Assembly (NCBI RefSeq): GCF_012570145.1
Contig: NZ_CP046206.1
Span: forward strand, 2,324-34,323
Direction: 5' to 3'
From: Enterobacteriaceae endosymbiont of Donacia provostii
GTDB lineage: Bacteria > Pseudomonadota > Gammaproteobacteria > Enterobacterales > Enterobacteriaceae
DNA: 32,000 nucleotides
Shown: one piece after another, positions 20,399 to 27,602 of the stretch
How the letters are laid out: each line of letters starts with the position of its first letter
Position numbering within the stretch: position 1 is the stretch's first letter
Made by a program: the position numbers and the translations under genes
The notes under the pieces: model-generated
Told to the model about the DNA's origin: nothing
What the model saw: only the letters and a program-made list of their open reading frames with translations
Databases searched by the model: none

Positions 20399-21352
20399 TT
20401 ACTTATAAAATAAAGCATCTATAAATTTTTTTGCATTAAATAAATGTAAATCCGTAATTTTTTCACCAGTACCTAAATATCTTATTGGAATATTAAATTG
20501 ATCTGCTATAGAAAAAATAACACCTCCTTTTGCTGTACCATCAATTTTAGTAATGGTAATTCCTGTTATTCCTATGTTTTTATGAAATATTTTCATTTGA
20601 TTAATAGAATTTTGTCCAATATTAGCATCTAAAATTAACATAACTTCATCAATATCAGTATTATTATATTTTTTTATTACACGTGTAATTTTTTTTAATT
20701 CTTCCATTAACATTAAATTATTATGTAATCTTCCAGAAGTATCAGCAATTAAAATATCAATTTGTTTTTTTTTTGCATAAGAAATAGCGTCAAAAATAAT
20801 AGCTGCACTATCTTTTTTTTTATTATCTTTCAAAAGAAAACTATAACTTCGTTTACTCCATGTGAATAATTGATCATAAGCACCTGCTCTAAAAGTATCT
20901 CCAGAAGCTAAAAGTACAGATTTTTTTTTTCTATAAAAATAGTATGCAATTTTACCTATTGTTGTTGTTTTTCCTACCCCATTTACCCCTATTATTAATA
21001 TTATAAAAGGCTTTTTTTTATTATTAATTATTAAAGGTATTTCTACAGGAAGTAAAATTTTTAACATCTCTTTTTTTAAAAAATCATATAATTTGTAAGA
21101 ATCTTTAATTTTATTATTTTCAGCATATTTTTTTGTTAACTTACAAATCTTATTTGTAGTATGTATATTTATATCAGAAACAATTAATGTTTCTTTTAAT
21201 TTATTAAATAATTTTTTATTAATAATTTTTTCTTTTTTAAATAAATTAAAAATTTTTTTACTAAGGTTTTTAGTAGTTTGAATTAAATTTTTTTTTAAAT
21301 AATTAAAAAAACTATTTTTTTTTTTTATATTTAGATCTTGTTTATTTGTCAT
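20399..21352 (-). CDS. ftsY: signal-recognition-particle receptor FtsY (NG domain only, no acidic A domain)
   Basis: 317 aa. G1 GVNGVGKTTTIGK, GDTFRAGA, DTSGRL, TKIDGTAKGG, and LG.GE...DL..F at the C-terminus. Confidence 0.94.
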   Translation of the reverse strand: MTNKQDLNIKKKNSFFNYLKKNLIQTTKNLSKKIFNLFKKEKIINKKLFNKLKETLIVSDINIHTTNKICKLTKKYAENNKIKDSYKLYDFLKKEMLKILLPVEIPLIINNKKKPFIILIIGVNGVGKTTTIGKIAYYFYRKKKSVLLASGDTFRAGAYDQLFTWSKRSYSFLLKDNKKKDSAAIIFDAISYAKKKQIDILIADTSGRLHNNLMLMEELKKITRVIKKYNNTDIDEVMLILDANIGQNSINQMKIFHKNIGITGITITKIDGTAKGGVIFSIADQFNIPIRYLGTGEKITDLHLFNAKKFIDALFYK

Positions 21353-21400
21353 GTTTATATAAAATAATTAAAAATAAATATTAAATTTAATCAATTTAAT

Positions 21401-21422
21401 TATTACTATTATAATAGTAATA
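21401..21422. repeat. perfect 22-bp palindrome in the ftsY/rsmD divergent intergenic region
   Basis: TATTACTATTA|TAATAGTAATA, 11+11 with no spacer. The centre reads TATAAT on both strands. Confidence 0.7.
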
Positions 21423-21475
21423 TAATTACTTAAAAATTTAAAGTAATTAATATCTTTAATTTTATTATATCAATT

Positions 21476-22057
21476 ATGAAAAAAAAAAAACATTTAAACA
21501 ATATTAATATTACTGCAGGAAAATGGAAAAATAAACGAATTAAAATAATTAATAATAAGATATTAAAACCTACAATGAATTTTGTTCGTGAAAATTTATT
21601 TAATTGGATTATGAATGAAACTTGTTTTAATTGTTTAGATTGTTATGCAGGAACTGGTATATTAAGTTTTGAAGCTATTTCTAGAAAAAATATTAATTTA
21701 GTTACATTAATTGAAAATAATAAAAAAATATTTCAACAATTAAAAAGAAATATTATTTTTTTTAAAAAAAATAATATTTCTTTAATTTTTGAGAATACTA
21801 TAAAAATTTTATCAAAAAAATCTCATATAAAATATGATCTAATTTTTATAGATCCTCCTTTTTCTAAAGGAAATCTTCTATTAAAAAAAACATGTATACT
21901 TTTAAATAAAAATAATTGGTTACAAAAAAATGCAAACATTTTTATTCAATATAAAATTAATAGTGATAAATTATTTTTACCAAAAAAATGGATTAAATAT
22001 CGACAAAAAAAATTTGGTAATGTAGAATATTTATTATGTAAAATAAAATCTTCTTAA
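21476..22057 (+). CDS. rsmD: 16S rRNA (guanine966-N2)-methyltransferase
   Basis: 193 aa, divergent from ftsY as in E. coli (yhhF). Motifs: I..G.W....I......L.PT...VRE.LFNW, LD.YAG.G.L.FEA.SR, IF.DPPF. Confidence 0.88.
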   Translation: MKKKKHLNNINITAGKWKNKRIKIINNKILKPTMNFVRENLFNWIMNETCFNCLDCYAGTGILSFEAISRKNINLVTLIENNKKIFQQLKRNIIFFKKNNISLIFENTIKILSKKSHIKYDLIFIDPPFSKGNLLLKKTCILLNKNNWLQKNANIFIQYKINSDKLFLPKKWIKYRQKKFGNVEYLLCKIKSS

Positions 22058-22066
22058 AAAGAATTA

Positions 22067-22318
22067 TTATATTTTTTGTATCAGAAAAAAATATGGTATT
22101 TTACTAATTCTTTTTTTAATAATACAAAATTTCATAAAATAACAAAAATTTTTAATATCTATATTAACAATTTTATCATTAGTAATGATAGCTAAAATTT
22201 CTTTTTTTTTTATTTTAAGTAAATTTTTTTTTATCATTATAATTGTATTTGGACATTGTAATCCTCTTATATCTAAAACATAATTTATATTTTTAGAAAA
22301 TAAATTTTTTTTAAGCAT
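22067..22318 (-). CDS. tusA: sulfurtransferase TusA
   Basis: 83 aa. LD.RGLQCP (active-site Cys), I..D......DI..FC.FM and PY.FLI.K match E. coli TusA (LDALGLRCPEP ... IPGFCTFM ... LPYRYLIRK). Confidence 0.85.
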   Translation of the reverse strand: MLKKNLFSKNINYVLDIRGLQCPNTIIMIKKNLLKIKKKEILAIITNDKIVNIDIKNFCYFMKFCIIKKRISKIPYFFLIQKI

Positions 22319-22418
22319 TTTAATATATTATTCAGATTAATAAATAAAATATTTTATTATATTAAAATATTTTATTAAAAAATTCATAATTAATTTTATT
22401 ATTAAATAAGGTGTGTTT

Positions 22419-23417
22419 ATGAATTTAGAAAAAAAAAAACAATTAGCTCTCGAAAATGCTATTACACAAATAGAAAACCAATTTGGTAAAGGTTCTATTA
22501 TGAGATTAGGAGATAATAGAACTATGGATATAGAATCTATATCTACAGGATCATTATCTTTAGATAAAGCATTAGGTATTGGTGGATTACCAATTGGTAG
22601 AATTATTGAAATATATGGACCTGAATCTTCTGGAAAAACTACTTTAACATTGCAAATTATTGCAGAAGCACAAAAATTACAAAAAGTTTGTGCATTTATT
22701 GATGCAGAACATGCATTAGATCCTATTTATGCAAAAAAATTAAATGTTGATATTAATAAGTTATTATGTTCTCAACCAGATACTGGGGAACAAGCATTAG
22801 AATTATGTGATTCTTTGGCTAAATCAGGTATTATAGATGTTATTATAGTAGATTCAGTTGCAGCATTAACTCCCAAAGCTGAAATAGAAGGAGAAATAGG
22901 AGATTCACATATAGGATTAGCAGCAAGAATGATGAGTCAAGCTATGAGAAAATTGGCAAGTAATCTAAAACAAACAAATACATTATTAATTTTTATTAAT
23001 CAAATTAGAATGAAAATTGGTGTTTTATTTGGTAATCCTGAAGTAACAACAGGAGGTAATGCTTTAAAATTTTATGCTTCTATAAGATTAGATATACGTA
23101 AAATAGGCAATGTTAAAATTGGAGATAATATAATTGGTAGTGAAACTAGAGTAAAAGTTGTTAAAAATAAAGTTGCAGTACCTTTTAAAGTTGCGGAATT
23201 TCAAATAATTTATGGTGAAGGAATTAATATTTATGGAGAATTATTAGATTTAGGAGTAAAAGAAAAAATTATTGAAAAATGTGGTTCATGGTATAGTTAT
23301 CAAAATGAAAAAATTGGTCAAGGAAAAATGAATGCTATATATTTTCTTAAAAATAATCAAAAACAATCTAAAGAAATAGAAAAAAAATTAAGAAAAATAT
23401 TTTTTAAAAAAAAATAG
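22419..23417 (+). CDS. recA: recombinase RecA, lacking the acidic C-terminal tail. The ATG at 22419 is preferred over the GTG at 22413
   Basis: Collinear with and highly similar to E. coli RecA ([11 protein letters not shown], Walker [110 protein letters not shown]). AAGGTG lies 5 nt before the ATG. Confidence 0.97.
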   Translation: MNLEKKKQLALENAITQIENQFGKGSIMRLGDNRTMDIESISTGSLSLDKALGIGGLPIGRIIEIYGPESSGKTTLTLQIIAEAQKLQKVCAFIDAEHALDPIYAKKLNVDINKLLCSQPDTGEQALELCDSLAKSGIIDVIIVDSVAALTPKAEIEGEIGDSHIGLAARMMSQAMRKLASNLKQTNTLLIFINQIRMKIGVLFGNPEVTTGGNALKFYASIRLDIRKIGNVKIGDNIIGSETRVKVVKNKVAVPFKVAEFQIIYGEGINIYGELLDLGVKEKIIEKCGSWYSYQNEKIGQGKMNAIYFLKNNQKQSKEIEKKLRKIFFKKK

Positions 23418-23478
23418 TATAAATATATATTAAATTTTATAAATAATATTTAAAAAAATTTTAGGGTTAATTTATAAC

Positions 23479-26118
23479 ATGGATAATAAAATTGAAGAAA
23501 TTCGTAAAGTATTTTTAGAATTTTTTAATAAAAAAAAACATAGAATAATTAAAGAAAGTTCATTAATTCCTTATAATGATCAATCATTATTATTTACAAA
23601 TGCAGGAATGAATCAATTTAAAGAATATTTTTTAGGATATAAAAAACCTCCTTATTCAAGAATTGTTACAATACAAAAATGTATACGTATGGGAGGTAAA
23701 CACAATGATTTTAACAATGTAGGTTTTACAAATAGACATCATACTTTTTTTGAAATGTTAGGAAATTTTAGTTTTGGAGATTATTTTAAAAAAAAAGCTA
23801 TTTTTTATGCATGGGAATTATTAACTAATTCTAAATGGTTTAATTTAAAAAAAAAAAAATTATTTATTACTGTTTATTATCAAGATATGGAAACATATAA
23901 TATATGGCATAATCTTATAGGTATTTCAAAAAAAAATTTGATTTTAATAAAAGATAAAAATAATCAGAAATATAATTCTGATAATTTTTGGCAAATGTCA
24001 GAAACAGGTCCTTGTGGACCATCAACAGAAATTTTTTACGATTTAGGAGATCATTTACAAGGAAATATTAAAAATAATTCAGGTAATCGTTTTATTGAAA
24101 TATGGAATATTGTATTTATACAATTTAATAGAACATTAGACGGTAAATTAATTCCTTTATTAATAAAATCAGTTGATACAGGTATGGGACTAGAACGTAT
24201 TACCAGTATCATAGAAAAAGTAGATTCAAATTATAAAATTTATTTTTTTAAAAAAATTATCCAAAAAATAGCTGATAAAATTAATATTAAAAATATTAAT
24301 CATAATTCACTTAAAGTTATAGCAGATCATATTAGATCAACTATTTATTTAATTGCAGAAGGTATTATTCCTAATAATGAAAAAAGAGGATATGTTTTAA
24401 GAAAAATTATAAGAAGAGCTATAAATCATGGAAGAATATTAGGTACTAAAGAACTATTTTTTTATAAATTAGTAAAAATTTATATTAAATATATCAATAA
24501 TAATGAAAAAATATTTTTACATAAAAAAATAGAATATATTACCAAAATTATTAAAAATGAAGAAAAAAAATTTAATCAAATTATAAATTTAGGGATAAAA
24601 CTTTTAAATAAAGAACTTAAAAAGTCTGAAGATAATTATTTAACAGGAAAACAAATATTTTATTTATATGATACATTTGGATTATCTCCAGATCTAATAG
24701 AAAATATATGTATAGAAAAAAATATTAATATAAATAAAAAAGAATTTTTAAAATATATGGAAATTCAACGTCAAAAATCACAAAAAAACACTTTATTTAA
24801 ACATAAAATCAATATTTATGATAAAAATGATATTTCTAAATTTAATGGATATGATAATTTTATAACTTATAGTAAAATAATTAATATTTATATAAATAAT
24901 ATTGCTAAACAAAAAATTGATTTAGGAGAACAGGGAGAAATAATATTAAATACTACATCTTTTTATGGAGAATCAGGTGGACAAAAAGGAGATATTGGAT
25001 TTTTAGAAAAAGATAAAAAAAATATTTTTCAAGTATATGATACAAAAAAAAAAGGTAATATAATTATACATATAGGTAAAATGATTTTAGGTTCATTTAA
25101 AAAAAATGATTATTTATATTCTAAAGTAGATCTTATTCATAGAAATATGATTAGTAAAAATCATTCAGCAACACATTTATTACATATTATATTACGTAAT
25201 AAATTTGGTACATATATACAACAAAAAGGATCATTAATAACTAATAAATATTTAAGATTTGATTTTACATTAAATCATTCTTTAAAAGAGAATGATATTA
25301 CATATATTGAAAAAAAAATAAATGATTATATTTTTGATAATATATCTATAAAAACATATACAAAAAAAATAGAAGAAATAAAAAATCAAAAAGATATAAT
25401 AGCTCTTTTCCCAAATAAATATTCTTCTCTTGTAAGAATTGTTAAAATTGATGGTCTTTCACAAGAACTATGTGTAGGTACACATGTTACAAATACTAGT
25501 AAAATTGGTTTATTTATTATTACTAAATATTTAAATATTGCTAATGGTATAAAACGTATACATGCAATTACGCATAATATAGCATTAAAATATATGCAAA
25601 AACAAAATACAAATATTAAATACATTGCTAATTTTTTTAATACAAATGAAGAATTTTTAATAAAAAATATTATATCAAATAAAAAAAAAAATGATTTATT
25701 AAAAAAAAATTTTCAAGAATTAAAACAATATTTTATTTCAAAAGAAATAAACATATTATTAAATAATAAAATTTTATTACATAAAAAAAATATAATTATT
25801 AGTAATATATATAATTGTAATCCAATATTTTTAAATTTTCTTTTAAAGAAGATATTAAAAAAATTAAATAAAGTAATAATAATTTTATCTACTAAATGGG
25901 AAAAAAAAATATTTTTTATATTTAAAATTTCACAAAATATTAATAATAATATAAACGCTTTAGATATTATAAAAAGAAATTTAGATAAAAATGTTTGTAA
26001 TATAAATGGATGTGATAATATAGTTCAAGGTAATATTGATATTAATATAGATAAATATTATTTTATTTTATCTAAAATAAGAACATATATTTTAAATAAA
26101 ATAAATAAATTAAGTTAA
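23479..26118 (+). CDS. alaS: alanine--tRNA ligase
   Basis: 879 aa. FTNAGMNQFK, QKC.R.GGKHND..NVG.T.RHHTFFEMLGNFSFGDYFK, PCGP..EIFYD, DTGMGLER, editing-domain HSATHLLH and C.GTH. Confidence 0.96.
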   Translation: MDNKIEEIRKVFLEFFNKKKHRIIKESSLIPYNDQSLLFTNAGMNQFKEYFLGYKKPPYSRIVTIQKCIRMGGKHNDFNNVGFTNRHHTFFEMLGNFSFGDYFKKKAIFYAWELLTNSKWFNLKKKKLFITVYYQDMETYNIWHNLIGISKKNLILIKDKNNQKYNSDNFWQMSETGPCGPSTEIFYDLGDHLQGNIKNNSGNRFIEIWNIVFIQFNRTLDGKLIPLLIKSVDTGMGLERITSIIEKVDSNYKIYFFKKIIQKIADKINIKNINHNSLKVIADHIRSTIYLIAEGIIPNNEKRGYVLRKIIRRAINHGRILGTKELFFYKLVKIYIKYINNNEKIFLHKKIEYITKIIKNEEKKFNQIINLGIKLLNKELKKSEDNYLTGKQIFYLYDTFGLSPDLIENICIEKNININKKEFLKYMEIQRQKSQKNTLFKHKINIYDKNDISKFNGYDNFITYSKIINIYINNIAKQKIDLGEQGEIILNTTSFYGESGGQKGDIGFLEKDKKNIFQVYDTKKKGNIIIHIGKMILGSFKKNDYLYSKVDLIHRNMISKNHSATHLLHIILRNKFGTYIQQKGSLITNKYLRFDFTLNHSLKENDITYIEKKINDYIFDNISIKTYTKKIEEIKNQKDIIALFPNKYSSLVRIVKIDGLSQELCVGTHVTNTSKIGLFIITKYLNIANGIKRIHAITHNIALKYMQKQNTNIKYIANFFNTNEEFLIKNIISNKKKNDLLKKNFQELKQYFISKEINILLNNKILLHKKNIIISNIYNCNPIFLNFLLKKILKKLNKVIIILSTKWEKKIFFIFKISQNINNNINALDIIKRNLDKNVCNINGCDNIVQGNIDINIDKYYFILSKIRTYILNKINKLS

Positions 26119-26162
26119 TAATTTAAATAAAATTAAAATATTATAATAAATATTTTATATTT

Positions 26163-26188
26163 TATTTCTTTTAAGGAGAAAAGAAATG
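26163..26188 (+). promoter_or_regulatory. csrA leader hairpin with the Shine-Dalgarno GGA in the loop and the start codon in the stem
   Basis: TTCTTTT (26166-26172) / AAAAGAA (26179-26185) form a perfect 7-bp stem around the loop AAGGAG (26173-26178). The stem extends by T-A, A-T and T.G pairs to include ATG (26186-26188). Confidence 0.5.
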
Positions 26189-26377
26189 TTAATTCTTACT
26201 CGCCGAATAGGCGAAACACTTATGATTGGTGATGAAGTTATGGTAACAGTATTAGGAATAAAAGGAAATCAAGTTAGAATAGGTGTTAATGCTCCTAGAG
26301 AAATTGCTGTTCATCGTGAAGAAATATATCAACGTATACAAGCAGAAAAAAATCAACAAACTAATATAATTAAATAA
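26186..26377 (+). CDS. csrA: carbon storage regulator CsrA (RNA-binding translational regulator)
   Basis: 63 aa, near-identical to E. coli CsrA ([49 protein letters not shown]). Sits between alaS and serV/argV-type tRNAs, as in E. coli. Confidence 0.97.
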   Translation: MLILTRRIGETLMIGDEVMVTVLGIKGNQVRIGVNAPREIAVHREEIYQRIQAEKNQQTNIIK

Positions 26378-26403
26378 TTTGATTTTTTTATATAAAAAAT
26401 AAT

Positions 26404-26433
26404 TTGACAAATTTTTTTTAGTAGATATATAAT
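26404..26433 (+). promoter_or_regulatory. candidate sigma70 promoter for the tRNA-Ser/tRNA-Arg unit
   Basis: Perfect -35 TTGACA (26404-26409), 18-nt spacer, perfect -10 TATAAT (26428-26433). The tRNA 5' end is at 26447. Confidence 0.5.
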
Positions 26434-26446
26434 ATTTATATATAAT

Positions 26447-26533
26447 GGTGAGATGGCCGAGTGGTTGAAGGCGCACCCCTGCTAAGGGTGTATGTAGTAT
26501 TCTACATCGAGGGTTCGAATCTCTCTCTCACCG
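26447..26533 (+). tRNA. tRNA-Ser (anticodon GCU), class II, no encoded CCA
   Basis: GGTGAGATGGCCGAGTGGTTGAAGGCGCACCCCTGCTAAGGGTG...GAGGGTTCGAATCTCTCTCTCACCG. Anticodon loop is CTGCTAA. Closely resembles E. coli serV. Confidence 0.93.
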
Positions 26534-26538
26534 AAAAA

Positions 26539-26611
26539 GCATCCGTAGCTCAGTGGATAGAGTATTCGGCTACGAACCGAGTGGTCGGGGGTTCAAATCC
26601 TCCCGGATGCA
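26539..26611 (+). tRNA. tRNA-Arg (anticodon ACG), no encoded CCA
   Basis: GCATCCGTAGCTCAGTGGATAGAGTATTCGGCTACGAACCGAGTGGTCGGGGGTTCAAATCCTCCCGGATGCA. Anticodon loop is CTACGAA. Lies 5 nt after tRNA-Ser. Confidence 0.94.
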
Positions 26612-26696
26612 ATTAATATTAATTATCAAAATAATTGTTAAAAGATGATCATATAAAACAAATAACATAAATAATAAATTTGAAAAATTTATATAA

Positions 26697-27521
26697 TTAA
26701 GAATTATTACGTAATATATCATTTATTTCAATTTTACTTAATGTTTTTTTATCTACTTTTTTAACTATAATTGCACAATACATATTATATTTACCATTTT
26801 TAGATGGTAGAGTACCTGGAATAACTACTGAATAACTAGGAACTATACCATAGTGAATTAAATCATTTTCTCTATCATAAATTTTAGTACTTTGTCCTAT
26901 ATATACTCCCATAGAAATTACAGATCCTTTTTTTATTAAAACTCCTTCCACTATTTCTGATCTAGCTCCTATAAAACAATTATTTTCTATAATAGTAGGT
27001 TTAGATTGTATGGGTTCTAAAACACCTCCAATGCCTACTCCTCCAGAAATATGAACATTATTTCCTATTTGAGCACAAGAACCAATAGTAGACCAAGTAT
27101 CTATCATAGTTCCATGACCTATAAAAGCACCTATATTAATAAATGATGGCATTAAAACTGTATTTTTAGAAATAAAAGAACCATATCTTACAATAGTAGG
27201 AGGAACAACTCTACATTGTATATTTTCAAACATTTTTTCTTGACAATTACTAAATTTTAAAGGTATTTTATCATAAAAATTATTATATTTTCCTTTAAAT
27301 AAAAAATTTTTACTAATTTTAAAATATAATAATATTGCTTTTTTAATCCATTTATTAACTATCCAGTGTCCATTAATTTTATCAGCTACTCTAATTATAC
27401 CATTATCTAAAAATTTAATTACTTTATTAATATTATTAATAACTTCTTTTTTATATAAAAAATCGTCATTTTTATTACTTTTAATAAAATAATCTTCTAT
27501 AATATTTTTTAAGTTTTTCAT
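26697..27521 (-). CDS. dapD: 2,3,4,5-tetrahydropyridine-2,6-dicarboxylate N-succinyltransferase
   Basis: 274 aa collinear with E. coli DapD (RVVPP..VR.G.FI..NTVLMPS..NIGA....[77 protein letters not shown]). Confidence 0.96.
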   Translation of the reverse strand: MKNLKNIIEDYFIKSNKNDDFLYKKEVINNINKVIKFLDNGIIRVADKINGHWIVNKWIKKAILLYFKISKNFLFKGKYNNFYDKIPLKFSNCQEKMFENIQCRVVPPTIVRYGSFISKNTVLMPSFINIGAFIGHGTMIDTWSTIGSCAQIGNNVHISGGVGIGGVLEPIQSKPTIIENNCFIGARSEIVEGVLIKKGSVISMGVYIGQSTKIYDRENDLIHYGIVPSYSVVIPGTLPSKNGKYNMYCAIIVKKVDKKTLSKIEINDILRNNS

Positions 27522-27602
27522 ATAATTAATAATTACAAATTTTTACAAAATATATTATTAATAACAATATCATTGATTTTTATAATTAACAAATGTAAAT
27601 AA

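Noticed and set aside
22319-22418. LexA/SOS operator upstream of recA (also checked upstream of ssb, 19371-19449)
   Set aside because: No CTG...CAG arrangement exists in either region, and there is no CTG at all. No operator can be called, and the absence is reported under the recA finding instead.
26378-26446. Search for a CsrB/CsrC-like GGA-repeat sRNA next to csrA or in other spacers
   Set aside because: No spacer in the window holds more than one GGA motif. The csrA-tRNA spacer is explained by a canonical TTGACA/TATAAT tRNA promoter.
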